From the NCBI RefSeq assembly GCF_018350175.1, contig NC_058368.1:210802001-210866000 (forward strand): DNA of 64,000 nucleotides, in the 5' to 3' direction. The stretch is from Felis catus. Its lineage: Eukaryota. The position numbers and the translations under genes are program-made. Below the pieces are notes generated by a model. That model saw only the letters and a list, made by a program, of their open reading frames with translations. It did not search any database and was not told the origin of the DNA. This document shows positions 37,834-51,785 of the stretch, piece after piece; position 1 is the first letter of the stretch; every line of letters begins with the position of its first letter.

Positions 37834-38277
37834 TGACAAAGACTCTTCCCTTGAGCAAACCTGAGTCAGATTCCTCTGAATTCTCTTCTCCCAGAGGCAC
37901 AGAACTTGGTTCCTTCCTTAGCCCCTTATCCAGTTTTGGCAAGAATCCTGCTGGGTCTATTTAGGGAAAATCCCTCACCCTTTATATCTAATCAAATTCT
38001 GGATTCCTCACCTTTGATATCTCCTACCCCTTGCCTGGCCTCTGCAAGAATCCTTCAAGTCAGTTTAGCCAGAAACCCCTGTCCCTGATGTTTCCTCTTA
38101 AAAATTTTCCATCTACAGACCCTAACTCTGCTGCTCAGCTGTAAATTCCCACCTTTCCTTGTTGTGTTCACAGTGGTGCCCAACTCTCTCCCCTGCCTGT
38201 AAAACCCGATCGCAATGGTTGCTTGAATAAAGTCTTCTTTACTGTCTTTAACAAAGGTGAGAAAAATTTTCCTTTAA
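37834..38277 (+). mobile_element. Solo LTR, MER31-like (ERV1)
   Basis: Starts tgacaaagactc...; contains gcaagaatcctgct, agtcagtttagccagaa and gaataaagtcttctttactgtctttaacaaa, which resemble MER31. Confidence 0.75.
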
Positions 38278-38283
38278 TGATTT

Positions 38284-38317
38284 ATTTATTTTCGAGAGTG
38301 AGAGAGAGCAAGTGGAG

Positions 38318-38353
<36 letters not shown>

Positions 38354-38479
38354 CCCAAGCAGGCTCTGCACTGTCAGCACAGAGCCCTAGGTGGGGCTCA
38401 ATCTCGGGAACCATGAGATCATGACCTGAGCAGGTATCAGGAGTCGGCTGCTCAACCCACTGAGCCACCCAGGAACTCC
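38284..38479 (-). mobile_element. CAN-SINE
   Basis: Reverse SINE; short TSD aatgattt. Confidence 0.9.
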
Positions 38480-38792
38480 AATGATTTCTAAAAGTTTCGA
38501 TGGAGTCATAGAAATAATTATGTACATTTGTATTATGTATACTTAATCTCATGTGTATGACAATAATATATATAATAATGTATTTTATAATAATGTATTT
38601 TATGTCACAAACATAAAGAATTGCCCCCTAAAAGGCCTGGATACATCAAATTATGATTCTTTTCAACTGTATGCACAATAACAGTGATATCCTACTAGAA
38701 CAAATATCTCTTAAAATTACTCTGAAATTGATCTGTGTGACCTGATAGGCTAACAGTTTAGTACCATTTCACTTTACTTAACTTTTAAATTA

Positions 38793-39207
38793 TTATTTTT
38801 TATTTTTTTATGTTTATTTATTTTTGAGACAGAGAGAGACAGAGCATGAATGGGGGAGGGTCAGAGAGAGAGGGAGACACAGAATCTGAAGCAGGCTCCA
38901 GGCCCTGAGCTGCCAGCACAGAGCCTGATGCGGGGCTCGAACTCATGGACCATGAGATCATGACCTGAGCTGAAGTCAGACGCTTAACCGACTAAGCCAC
39001 CCAGGTGCCCCTTAAATTATTTTTAATGTTTGTTTATTTTTGAGAAAGAGAGAGAGCGGGGGAGAGGCAGAGAGAGAGGGAGCCTGAAGTAGAATCCAGG
39101 CCCTGAGCTGTCAGCACAGAGCCAAACTCGGGGCTCAAACTCACAGACTGCGACATCATGACCTGAGCCAAAGTCGGATGCTTAACCAACTGAGCCACCC
39201 AGGTGCC
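38793..39207 (-). mobile_element. Two nested CAN-SINEs (~38793-39011 inserted in the tail of ~39012-39207)
   Basis: Two reverse SINE bodies; outer flanking repeat tcactttactt..cttttaaat; inner repeat ttaaattat. Confidence 0.92.
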
Positions 39208-40319
39208 TCATCACTTTACTTTGCTTTTAAATCTCCCATCCCATGAGTTTCCTCACACCCACCACAGCAGACATGACTGCAGTGGAAGTTCTGAGGGAGA
39301 TTTATTGCCAACAGAATTGGGGCCTAATACATTTGATATGTCTCACCTTAGAGTTATCCAAATTCAGAAGATCACGTTATTCTAAAAGTCTGTGGGACCT
39401 GGGGGCTAGAAACCAATGTCTTCTGGGTTGCTGAGAAAATTGCTTTTGAGGAAAGATGTAGAAGCTGGTAGCTGCACCAGAAGAGAATGTCTGAGCTCAC
39501 ACCCCACCTACAGGTAAGGGCTTATCCGCACATCGAAACAAAATACCTCTGTGCCTGTCTGTAGGAACGGTTCGGTTGTTTGTTTCAAAGAGTGATCTGT
39601 AGTGTTTGTCTTTGGAACCCAGACCCAAACAACATAAAGTGCCAATGTGATATTTAGGAAAACAAGCGTATAGTGTATATGCAAGAGTTGGGTAAATGGA
39701 GACAGAGACACTCTACAAAATAAAAGGCAAAGTTCTTCATTTCACAAAAAGAACATGGCATTTTTTTCTCAGTTCCTGAAGTATCCAACTTGAGAATTAT
39801 CTGACATTAAAATATTAATGAAAATTTGAGTTATTCCTTAAATGTTTGCATTTTACTATTTGTGTGTGTGTGTAAATTGCTACTTTAGTTATTAGTCCAA
39901 GTTTAACATTTAATCTGTTGCCTTCCTGTTGAAATCCAAGCTCTGGGTAAAGTTTCTAGCACCTCCCATGTTGCATTTTGTGTTAATGTGATGAATAACT
40001 TATGTGTTCCCCCATGTGAAATCATTTGGGAGAGGAAATGATTAAAGACGTGGACAGTTTCCCATCTGTTCCTGAGATAGCTTCCCTATTGTTTCTTAAT
40101 TAAACTTTTTCGAATATTTGCCTCCTGCATCCCATTGTAATTTTAAAACTAAATAAAAAATTATTTTTAAAACATTTATTTTAATTATAAATCTTCATTT
40201 CTCCTCAGTAAATAGTCAAGGGTGGGTTATAAAGAGTTATTTTGAGCCCACAAGTTGGTTTGAAAAGTTGTGCTGTGTACTGAAGTGGAATACACCTTAT
40301 TCTTTTAAAAAATAATCTT

Positions 40320-40512
40320 GCCCGAGTGGCTCAGTCAGTTAAGTGTCTGACTCTTGATTTCAGCTCAGGTCATGATCTCACAGACAAGAATTCAAGCCCC
40401 GCATTGGGCTCTGGGCTGACGGCGCAGAGCCTGCTTGGGGTTCTCTCCCCCCTCTCTGCCCCTCACCTGCTTGCTCATGCACTCTCTCTTTCTCTCTCAA
40501 AATAGATAATAA

Positions 40513-40546
<34 letters not shown>
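40320..40546 (+). mobile_element. CAN-SINE with (AAT)n tail
   Basis: SINE body, slightly 5'-clipped; (AAT)n at ~40518-40546. Confidence 0.9.
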
Positions 40547-40547
<1 letters not shown>

Positions 40548-40569
40548 TTTTTAAAGTGAAATATAGCAA

Positions 40570-40780
40570 TAAAGCCCAAGCTTTGGAATCAGACACGCTT
40601 GGGTCCAGTTGTCCACTTTTGCTCTAACTCTTCAACTCTGGTAACAGCTAAACTTCTTTGAGCCTCAGTTGCCTTATTTGTAGGATAAGGATATCAATAT
40701 TTGTGTGACAGATGTGAAGATTAAACAAGAAGCTGTATATATTAATGTCAGGCTCCTATTAGATGCCAAACAAATGTTTC
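40570..40780 (+). mobile_element. MIR
   Basis: gctttggaatcagaca...aacttctttgagcctcagttgccttatttgta. Confidence 0.7.
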
Positions 40781-43471
40781 TTCCTTTTTATCCTGAGGCA
40801 ATATGTATTTTTCCTTTGCATTACTGGTTAGCTTTTGAGTAGCTTAGATTTGCTTAGTGTTTGAGGCAATTATTTCATATAGCTGCTTCGATTTATGACT
40901 AATTCGATGTACATAAATACACATACATTGACAGATTTTTAAAAAATCTTATTTGGTCCTCCATGTATGTCTTGCATGCATCCCTTCATTTCCCTTCTCG
41001 TCACTCCTAGATCATTCTCTGATTCCCTCTCGGCAGGTTTTGCAATGGGCTTGTTCTCTATACATTCATTAATTCAACAAATGGTTTTTCCAGCATCCAC
41101 AATAACCACCCAAGCTCTATTTCCCTGTCTCTTGCCCTCCAGTCACCTTGTGCAACCAGTCCAGTCCATTTTCCTGAAGTCCTGCGCTATTCTTCGGCTC
41201 ATACTCATTCATGCATTTCACAAGGGCAGTGTTTACCAGCTGTGGGTCCTGATCTCTTCACAGGATGTGTAATTCCTTTGGTGGGCCAGAATTCTTTATA
41301 ACTAAAACATGAAGACAAAAATGGGATATAAAATATCAGAGAGCATGTCATGTTAGGAAAGGTAAATATGTGGGGTTCTTTTGGGAAACATTTTTGGAGC
41401 CACTATCCTGGAGGATGAAGACCCTAAGGAAGGTCCTTTACAGTCTAGCCTCAGTCCAACCTTAACTGTGAGCCACAAGTCCCCTTTGCACAACTTGCTC
41501 ACATTTCTTCACCAGATCCCAACTTTCCCACCTCAACATTCTTCTTTTGTTAAAGACAAAAAAGAAAAAAAAGAAAGAAAGAAAACTTCCTGTCTCAGCC
41601 AGTCCTACTTGTCTTTCAGGGTCCAATGTATCAGTCACCATCTTGCCCAAACCTCTTACTCCCTCCATTTTCCCACTCCCTTCTCCTTCTGAAAGCTCAA
41701 AATCACTAGTTTCCTTTTAACTCTCATCCAACACGCCTGACTCTTAGCAACCACCCACAGCTTGGCCAGCAGCTCAGTTCTGGAAACTTCCAGTGTCTTC
41801 CTCAACACATTTCCAAATGAGTGTTGATTTAGGCTCTTTCCACTCTTGTTATTTATGGCAAATAACAGTATCACCATAAAAGTTTAATTCTACGGCAAAA
41901 TATTTGAAGTCTTTTCTGTTGAAGCAGATATGACCTCTTCTTTTATGTGTCTTATTTTCCAGGCCCACATGATTTGTCTTCTATATGGATTGTGTCTTTA
42001 TCAGGCAAACATTTAAATTTATAATCTTAGAAAGCAATTGGATTTGAAACAAAATCAAGTTCAAAACAAAACAAAACAAAGAACGTGGTACCATATGACA
42101 AAAAGTGAGTCATATGTTCTCTGAGACAAATAAACCGCATTGCTTTTATCTGATTTCTTTGCTTTAATTTCTTATTTTCCCATCCTGAAGTTTTCAAGAA
42201 GCCAAGCCATACTTTAGTACCTTAAATTTATTTTTCATATGCCTAGTAACAGAATGAAAAACGGGCAGAACTAAGAAACATTAAAATTACATAAAATTAA
42301 GTTAAAAGTATATAAATTATAATTGGAGATGTTACCAGCTCATACTCAGTAATTGATAAAGTAGATAAAATATTTGTTAAGGATATAGAGAACTTGAAAA
42401 ACATTTTGTCAATCAAATTAGCATAATTGATAATTATAAAACAACACCTAAAATATATATTCACTGCCCACTTGTAAAGGAAGCAGACATTGAAGGCTGA
42501 TTATTTAAATATGCAGTAGTACGAGTAGAGCTACAGATATTGTGGAAGATTAAATTGACTCTTTGGTGACTTCAAAAATTACATGGAGAAAGTTATTCTT
42601 TTTCTTTCTACTGTGAATCTGTAATCATGATACATTAGGTTCTAGTCAGTTAAGCTCTCATTGATTTTTGAACTTACTTGTTCACATTTAAAAAGTTTAT
42701 TGGTACATTTTCAGATATGTCATCTAAAAATTAGTACTTTATAACCATTTCCCAAGATTACTAGAAAAGTTTATATGATTATGTGATATTTTTATACTAA
42801 TTTTATTGGGAACATGGGATTAGAGATAAAGAAATGTGATCTTATAGTAGCATTTCAACCACTTAAGTACTCTGAGATAAGATAGTTACATTCCTCTTGA
42901 TTACTTATTTATTTATCTATTTATTTACTTTTGGTAGATGAGGTAGAGGGAGCCTCTCTGAATGACCAGAGCAATAACATAAAATTTTCTATGGAGTGAC
43001 TTATAAAACCAGGAAGCTAATTCTCTTTCATTCAGCAAGAATGAAGGGAGTGTGTGCACTTCATGCTGGGTACCGATTTCCAGACTTTGAGATTCAACTG
43101 GCTGGTGATTTTCCAAAAGCAAATTTGAAAGCCAATGTAAGGTTGCCAATTTTCTTTTTTGTTTTTTTTAAGTACGTAAAACAAATACCACATTTTCTCT
43201 GGTCATCATTTCACATAAGAAAAAACATTTTACACTGAAAGAAGTGGGTAGCATAAAATTTGAGAATGAAGAACAATACTTTAAACTGAAGAATAGGGCT
43301 TATGAAAAGCCCACAGTATATTACAATAGACTTGTAAATGTCCTTATAGATTGGACGTATTGTTGCCAAACTCTGTCCCAGACCTGATACACAGGCGGGA
43401 CCACCTGAATATGAATCCTGTTTCCATGGTATTTGCAACCTTTCCACACTGGAATGTCAGAGAGCTGGAAG

Positions 43472-43475
43472 GTGT

Positions 43476-43514
<39 letters not shown>

Positions 43515-43517
43515 TGT
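43472..43517. repeat. (GT)n microsatellite, interrupted
   Basis: Visible directly in the sequence. Confidence 0.92.
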
Positions 43518-43642
43518 ACATGTTGAGGACAAAGTATCTTTGGGTGTCTTTTTTCAGCCTAAGCCAGTTTGTTTCAGTGTATCATCTCTCGTTTTATGCC
43601 CTCTGAAAGAATATAGAGTTAGATTTGGGAGAAAATATTTTT

Positions 43643-43820
43643 TTAGGTTTATTTACTTATGTTGAGAAAACATGTGTAGAAGGGGCAGAGAGAGAGGGGA
43701 GAGAGAGAGTCCCAGTGCATGGGGCCTGATGCAGGGTTTGAACCCAGGAACCCATAAGATCATGACCTGAGCCAAAATCAAGAGCGGGATTCTTAACCAA
43801 CTAAGCCCCCCAGGGGTCCC
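43643..43820 (-). mobile_element. CAN-SINE (diverged, internally shortened)
   Basis: Reverse SINE; TSD gaaaatattttt. Confidence 0.88.
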
Positions 43821-46049
43821 TGGGGGAAAATATTTTTAAAGCCACCGTGGAGATTACAAACTGTAATAGAATTTGAAGGTTGTCTTCTATAGAATCTATG
43901 GAATTCACATGCACAACTTCTCCCTAAAATTCCACAGTATAAGAAATAATCGCCCTTAATAAATTAAATACCCAAGAAGAAAAAACTTCTTTCAGGTTAT
44001 ATAACCCCATGGGAGACCGCTGAGTTCTCAAGGTAGTAACCTGGATCCTGGACGCTTCACATTGTGCTATTTTCAATGGTATCAGAAAGTAAGGCTTATA
44101 TTTGCTCTGGCTACTAGCAATTTCCATACTGCATTCTTACATATCTGATCTGAGCATGTGCTTAAATTATCAGATTTTTTAAAAGTTTGAGAAGGGTAGA
44201 TCACACCATACCAAAAAGAGATCCAGCTTCAGTGAAGCATGAAGTAGTCAACTTCAATTTTTTTACTTAGTTATTATCTACTGTATTTCACCACACTGAG
44301 AACAGGTCTTCAAAAATTGCATTTATTCTAAACCACTCAAATGTCTTAAAGGCAACTTGTAATGAAATTATAATAAAAATGCACTTACACTTGTTAAGAA
44401 ATTTGATTTCTTATGCCTAATTAGTTTTTGGAAAGTGGAAATCAGGGTTCAAGTACTAGTAATTTGATGTATCTACCAAGCAAATCTCTTTTTACATGAA
44501 ATTCCTGCTAAGCTCAACAAATAATCCCTATTACAGATACTTAGAGCATCTCTAATGACAGGGTAGCTTTAACAGCTACCAGAAAATTAATGATTGAAGG
44601 GTATACTAAAATAGTGATAATGTGATGACCAATAATTATATTAAGTTCTATTGCTTTGCAAATACCTTTATTTTATCAGTCAGAATGGTATTTTTATTCT
44701 GACAGAAGCTTCATGAGGACAAGTCTACTGGATATGAATTTAAGTAATTTGGCAGTCAAATAATGGAAATATTCTGTACCAGAAAGTTATATCCAAAGAA
44801 GGGTTTATATTTATATACCCATATAACATATTTATATACTATTTTATAGACTACATTATCTGATATGTTTGCTTTCATATACACATGTATATAAATATAT
44901 ACGTATATATGCATTTACATATGTGTGTATAAAACATTGCACAAAAAGTCAAAAGAGGAAATCGCTGAGCTTACTTCTATTACAGGTTGAAAATGTATGA
45001 GTATTTGGAGCATTGTTGCTTCTAAGCAGAATAGGTCACCATTATGTAAGAACCTTCTTAAATATGAACCCATTGTGTGCCATTTAACTCCAAAAGCTGT
45101 TTTTCTCTAAGTCTTAAAGTTGGCAGTTCTCTACTGACATGAAATTTTTTGGAAAGCAAGAGCCCTCTATTAACAGAAAGACCACTGGACACTTAAGGGA
45201 TCACATCTTGCATCTAATTCCACCTACACCATAATTATCTGCAGTATCTTGAAAGAGATCGTCAGAAATGGAGTGCAGGAACTTGTAGATTAGCTGAGCA
45301 CTGCAAAAGCAATAACTATTCTGGAAACAGAAGGGGCATTGATGAAGGGAAGGTGGGAGATAATGGATAAACTTTTATTTCTTCTGAAATTGACATGAAG
45401 TTAAGTGTGAGCTTTAGGATGATATCTAGGGGCAAGAGGTGTTACATAAAGGGAAAAAATCAAAGGAATCCTGAGTAAGATAATATTAGGACTTGCAGAA
45501 TTGATATCTACTTTGAGCTATCATGTATGACTCCATGAAGTGTGGAGTGGGAAGGAAGCCAAAGAACTTTTAAAAGGAAATGGGACCAAAAAAATGTAAT
45601 GATGAGTGATGTTATATACTTCTTTCTCCATTAAAGCCACAAATAGAAGAGTGAAAAATGTGGCAATCCAAGAACCAGGTGGAGAAAAACACTGTTCTTT
45701 TTTTTTTTTTAAATACCACCTAATTACAATATGATGTTGACTTCGAGTTTTTCTTAAATGCCTCACACATATTATGGAAATAGCTAGTGGGAGAAGACAC
45801 CATAGATGGGAATTTAATATGGGTGATTTCCTTTGGTAAAAATATTGGTTGTGGGATCATCATCAAAAGAGAATTCCAAGTGACTGAATTCCATTGCATA
45901 TAGTATGAATCCTTGCAACTTCTCACTGTTTCTTAGTGAATGCGTTATCTCTCCATGCCTCCTCCTCCAGACCTCCCAAAGTAAATCCATTTTCAGTTTA
46001 ACACCCAGAGATGACTAAGCAGGTTTCACTTCTGGGTTTAACCACATTG

Positions 46050-46068
46050 TTTTACATGTGTACTTATT

Positions 46069-46128
<60 letters not shown>

Positions 46129-46290
46129 AGTGGGGAAGGGACAGACAGAGAGGGAGACACAGAATCCGAAGCAGGCTCCAGGCTCTGAGCTGTCATGATA
46201 GAGCTTGATGTGGAGCTCCAACCCACAAACCGTGAGATCATGAGCTGAGCTGAAGTCCAGTGTTTAACCGACTAAGCCACCCAAGAGCCC
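46050..46290 (-). mobile_element. CAN-SINE with long (GA)n
   Basis: TSD ctgggtt(t/c)aaccacatt at 46032-46048 and 46291-46307. Confidence 0.93.
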
Positions 46291-47274
46291 CTGGGTTCAA
46301 CCACATTTAAACTTCTGAGCCCCAGAAGAAGAGGAAGAGGAGGAAGGAGAGAAAAAGAAGAGGGGAAGGTGAAGAGGAGAAAGAGAAGGAAAGGGAAGAG
46401 ATAGCAAAGAGGAAAGTGAGAGAGAGAAAAAGAGAGACAGTGAAGTAGAATAAGAAAAAGGAAAATAACAAGGAAGATCTCTGTGATCTACAGTATCTGG
46501 GCTTATGTGACTTTGACCTAGCACGAGAGTTAATGTATTACCTTTTGACAGTCCTACATGTAAGGTATCTCAGAAAGGAAGCCACCTGATGAATAATAAA
46601 GAAAACTTTGGGGTTTTTCCTATTTAGATATTTCATTTAAAATGCAATTATGAAAAATGATATTCCTATAAAATATTCCAATGTGCTTCTTTGGTTGACT
46701 TAACTATGATGTCATACTTTCATAGAGGTGCACCTTATGTATTTTTTGTAATGAACTTGCATTTCAGGAAAGAACTAAAAAAGGTATTTTAATTTGCTAC
46801 CTGACTTGTCAACAATTTGAAGCACTCAGACTAGCTTTAAAGGTTTGTAAATTTGAGCTTTAACATATACAGCTCAATTTTGGTTAGCAATTTAAGACAA
46901 AACTATGGACATGATGAATCTATAGAAAGACAGAAGAATTCCTTGCTTGGATATTAAAAATCCATCAAAAATTGTTATTGCATGAGTTAAAAAGACCTAG
47001 ATCTGAGCGGCATTCAGGAGCTGTTGGAACCATAAGGTGCCCTGAGTTCCAGGATATTTTTGGAGTGATATAGTACCTCAGAAGAACAGGGACTTTAAGA
47101 TAGTAGTTATTCTAAGGAAGGTTTGGATAGTTACATTTCCTTCTGCAATGAATATTTTCTTTGGAACAAAACACCGGTGATGAGGAGGAGGAACGGTGTT
47201 GTGGACTTAAACCAGTGGTACTGAGTTGGTGTTAAAGTTCATATTGATGACTTTCTCTCAAGTACCTAAACCAC

Positions 47275-47750
47275 AAGGCATATCTCAGAGATACTCCAGG
47301 TTCATCGACCACTTCAATGAAGCAAATAGCACAATAAAATCAAAGTCTATGGCAAGTTAAATAAATGTTTTGCATGTAAGATTTTTTGCATATACAAGCT
47401 ATGTTTATACTATAGTGTAGCCTATTAAGCGTGCAATAGCATTATATCTAAAAGCAATGTATACGTTTTGATGAGAAAATACTTTACATCTAAGAAAATT
47501 GCTAACCATCATCTGAGCTTTTAGCAAGTATTAATCACTGATTGCTGATCACCATAATAAATACAGTAATAACAAAAAAGTCTGACATGTGAGAATTACC
47601 AAAATGTGGCACAAAGACACCAATCAATGCTGTTGGGAAAATGGTACTGACAGGACTTAAAGCAAGGTTTCTACAAACCTTCAATTTCTAAAAAACTGCA
47701 CTATCTGCAAAGCACAATAGAGTGAGGTGCAATGAAACAAAGTGTGCCTG
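47275..47750 (-). mobile_element. Tigger1 internal-deletion derivative (TcMar DNA transposon)
   Basis: Both decayed ends are present (aggcatatctcagagatact... and ...caatgaaacaaagtgtgcctg), along with typical subterminal motifs (aaaccttcaattt; tattaagcgtgcaatagcattat); no transposase. Confidence 0.85.
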
Positions 47751-48159
47751 TCTATGGGGAAATGAATAATCTATCTTATGTGACAAGCAATGAAAATTTC
47801 CCTTTACTTTATTGCTTCCAATAATTATAATTTGATGTGCCTAGTAAGAATCAAGATTTATGGCTGAGGGTCATTTGGTAGTGAGTGTACAGAAGATAGA
47901 GACACTGTGGAAAAATATAAAAATGAAAAATTTTTTGAACTCAAGAGGAATAGAACAGAAATAACATCCTTCCCAAGTATATTGGAAGTTTCAGTAAAAT
48001 CTAGATGGGGAGCCGAGTCATTTGAAAGCTAGATGGACACAGAGTTCCTAGGAAGTCAGATCCGGACAAGATAGAGGTCAAATGTGATGATGCAGATGGT
48101 TGGATTAAGAAATATTAAAAAACCCAAGGAATTCAGTAACTGCATTAAAATGGACTTGG

Positions 48160-48325
48160 TATCTAACCCCAGAGTTCACATTTGCTCACCTGGCCACTGT
48201 TCCTAAAAGTGTTACCATCCTTATTATTGCTGACCTCACTTCTCTAGACCTTAGTTCCCTCATCTGTATGTAGAATGTGTTGGACCGGATGATTCCAAGC
48301 TCCTTTTCAACTCGATCCCTTTGTG
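48160..48325 (+). mobile_element. MIR3-like fragment
   Basis: cacttctctagaccttagttccctcatctgta...ttggaccggatgattccaagctccttttcaactc. Confidence 0.6.
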
Positions 48326-48685
48326 AATTTGTTAGTTTTTATTGAACTCAACATTCCACTTGAGAATGTTTTCGTCTCATGAAGATTGTTATGAGAAAGT
48401 TATTAGAGACAAGCAGAGAACTGGTAGTGATAACAGCAACACAAATCTCAAGAAATGAGAGAAAAGATGGAAACTAGCTCCTCCTTACTTAGAACAGGTG
48501 AGGAGGTTCATGTTTGACAATAGAAAAAATTAGAAAGCAATGGAAAATTTGTGTTTCAACATCTCATAGAGACTTGAGAGCTCTTAGCAGAGGAACCCCA
48601 GTCTCTACCACAATCTTGGCAGTTGGGCTGTTGCCCAATATTACAATCACTTGAGTCAAAATGCAATGTTTTAGAGGAAAACCAT

Positions 48686-49385
48686 GTGGGAAAGAAAAAT
48701 TCTTCTCTATCCTCATGGGCTCTCCCAGAGGGTCTGAGAAATAATCTGACAATAGACAAATTAACAGGAGAAAGATCATACAAATTTGTTTGATATTAAA
48801 AGTTTTAGATGAATGGATAAAGAAATTGTGGTTTATATACACAATGGAGTACTATGTGGCAACGAGAAAGAATGAAATATGGCCCTTTGTAGCAACGTGG
48901 ATGGAACTGGAGAGTGTTGTGCTAAGTGAAATAAGCCATACAGAGAAAGACAGATACCATATGGTTTCACTCTTATGTGGATCCTGAGAAACTTAACAGA
49001 AACCCATGGGGGAGGGGAAGAAAAAAAAAAAAAGAGGTTAGAGTGGGAGAGAGCCAAAGCATAAGAGACTCTTAAAAACTGAGAACAAACTGAGGGTTGA
49101 TGGGAGGTGGGAGGGAGGAGAGGGTGGGTGATGGGTCATTGAGGAGGGTACCTTTTGGGATGAGCACTGGGTGTTGTATGGAAACAAATTTGACAATAAA
49201 TTTCATATATTGAAAAAAAATAAATATAAGTAAATAAATAAAAGTTTTACATGCCACAGAGTCTTTACAGAGAGAAGAGAAAACCCACAAAGAAGCTGCT
49301 AGGCTTGCAGTCTTTCATATCATTTTGATAGAGGAGGAAAATATAAAGGGAACAAAACAAAGGAAAAGGACTTTGAGTTTCCAGA
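48686..49385 (-). mobile_element. LTR fragment (MER34-like ERV1), split by an L1 insertion
   Basis: tgtgggaaagaaaaattcttctctatcctc...ctgacaatagacaaattaacaggagaaag, resuming after the L1 TSD. Confidence 0.55.
48808..49238 (+). mobile_element. Young felid LINE-1 3' end (5'-truncated)
   Basis: ORF2 C-terminus DEWIKKLWFIYTMEYY...WPFVATWMELESVVLSEISHTEKDRYHM plus 3' UTR; TSD taaaagtttta at 48797-48807 and 49239-49249. Confidence 0.93.
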
Positions 49386-49921
49386 TCATTTTTTTTTCTA
49401 ATTTATATAACTTACAACATATTTTATTGGAAGGACAAAACCTTTTGGAGCAAGATCCTCCCAGTCATATAAGCAGCTCATTACGCTGCTGAATAATTCC
49501 ACCAGGCAACTCTTCCTTTTATTGAAATCAAAGTCTGTCTCCATTCAATTGTCCTAACTCATTCCCGTACCTATACAGAGCATAAAGTCAAATTCCTCTT
49601 CCAGGTGTCAGATTTTGAGATACTTGAAGGCAGAAATCATACTGCTAACTCCTCTGAAGCTGAGTATCTTCAGTACTTATAAATGTTTTGCAATGCCAGG
49701 AGCTACAAACTATTATCTTGTTCACACTGCTCTTAGTTTGTCTTCACTCTATGTGTCCTATTAGAAATTGTACTAACAGCAGCAAATATTACCCTTACAT
49801 ATTGGAGCAAGGGACTCCCTTAGTCCAAACCCTAGGTATGTATCAATATAGCCCAAGTTTGCAATTAGTTTTTATACTAACTAGGCATCAAGAATCCATT
49901 TAATTCAGAACTATGCTGCTT

Positions 49922-50130
49922 GGGGCACCTCGGTGGCTCAGTCAGTTAAGCGTCTGACTTGATTTCAGCTCAGGTATGATCTCATAGTTCTTGAGATCAA
50001 GCCCTATGTCGGCCTCTATGCTGACAGCACTGAGCCTGCTTGGGATTCCCTCTCTGCCTTTCTCTCTCTCTGCCCCTCCCTCTCTCATGCTCTTTCTCTC
50101 TCTCAAAATAAATAAATATTTAAAAAAGAA
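49922..50130 (+). mobile_element. CAN-SINE
   Basis: SINE body; degenerate TSD agaacta..ctg. Confidence 0.92.
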
Positions 50131-50639
50131 GAACTACACTGATTCTCATTTGCTTCAGTGAAAACTGGATTTTCATACCCTTACACATTTTGTCATTCAT
50201 TTAGACCACAGATTATATTGGGGAAAAGTGACAATATATCTACCAATTGTTGCAAAACTTGACAAGACATATACTCTCTTTTAACTGCAATTTTCCCATT
50301 ATGCAAATAAAGTACACCTAATTCTAATTACCTCTCCCTAAAAAATCATATACATGAAAGTCCTTTGTGAAAAATATCACCACAATAATGCTGTTTACTA
50401 TTTATTTCAAATTTTAACAAATGTTTTTCATAGTAATTAAACTCACAAGTTTTCAGATTTATTTTATTTCAGTTTTATTCTCACTATCTGATCTTAAGCA
50501 AGCTTTTTTTTTTCTTCCAAGGTTTTATTTAAATTCAAATTAGTTAACATATCAGGGGTGACAATTTGTAAGAAGACAAATATATGGGAAACTGATGGTA
50601 AATAAGTGGTAATTAGTAAGGTCATAAGCATTCAGTCCG

Positions 50640-51375
50640 TATTAATATGTCACTAAGGAATTGTAGTTTAAAACCACGTACCATTACACATCCAAAATCT
50701 AAAATACTGACAACACTAAATACTAAGGAAGACGTTAAGCAGCAAGAACTCTCATTCATTGCCAGGAAGAATGCAAGATGGTACAGCCACTTTGGAAGAC
50801 AGTTTGGCGGTTTCTTAGAAAGCTAAACAAACTCTTACCATATGATCCAACAGTCATGCTCCTTCTTATTTACCCAAATGACTTGAGAGATTATGTCCAC
50901 ACAAAACCTGCACGTGAATATTTATAGAAGTCTTATTCATTATTATCAAACCTTGCAAGTAACCAAAATGTCCTTCAGTAGGTGAATGGATGAATAAACT
51001 GTGGTATACCCAGACAATGGAATATTATTCAGTGTTAAAAAGAAATGAGCTATCAAGCCATGAAAAGACATGGAGGAAACTTAAATGCATACTGCTAGGT
51101 GAAAAAAGCCAATGTGAAAAGGCTAAATACTATATGATCCAACCATGGGACATTCTAGAAAAGGCAAAACTATGGAGACAGTAAAAAGACCAGTGGTTGC
51201 CAGGCATTAAGGGCGAGGGAAGGATGAATAGGGGAACACAAGAGCTTTGGGGGATAATGAAAATACTCTGTATGATACCATAATGGTGGATATATATTGT
51301 TACACATCAATCCAGACCCATAGAGTGTACAATACCTAAAGTAAACTATGCTGTAAACTATGGACTTTAGGTGAT
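50640..51375 (+). mobile_element. LINE-1 3' fragment (L1MC-like)
   Basis: MNKLWYTQTMEYYSVLKRNELSSHEKTWRKLKCILL; same family motifs as 22835-23710. Confidence 0.87.
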
Positions 51376-51447
51376 AAACACACAAACAAACCCTTTTTCC
51401 CACAAAACATGTACTTGAAAATTAACCAGAGGTGAGTATATGTATAT

Positions 51448-51448
<1 letters not shown>

Positions 51449-51488
<40 letters not shown>
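51449..51488. repeat. (CA)n microsatellite, ~20 units
   Basis: Visible directly in the sequence. Confidence 0.95.
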
Positions 51489-51490
<2 letters not shown>

Positions 51491-51509
51491 TACACTTCTG
51501 TATAATCAA

Positions 51510-51785
51510 CACATCAGACACAAAATCACAACAGAAATTATGAAATGTTTGGAACTAAGCAACAATTAAAGCATTACATATAAAAATTTGTGTGATGTAC
51601 ATAAAACAATATTTACCAGAAAATCTATTGCCTTAAATGAGTATGTCAGCAAATAAGAATTTGAAAATCAATGAGCTAAGTTCTTTCTCAAGAAATTAGA
51701 AATAAGCAGAAGACTTTAAACAAAAAGAAGAAGAAAATAATGTTGGAATTGAAGTTAATTATTTTTTAAAATGGAGGAGACCAAA
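51510..51785 (+). mobile_element. Old LINE-1 ORF2 fragment
   Basis: acatataaaaatttgtgtgatg...ttgccttaaatg...gaaaatcaatgagctaagt...ctcaagaaattagaaa resembles ORF2 just after the endonuclease. Confidence 0.65.

Noticed and set aside
46324..46475. Polypurine tract
   Set aside because: Ordinary low-complexity GA-rich sequence beside a SINE, with no support for function.
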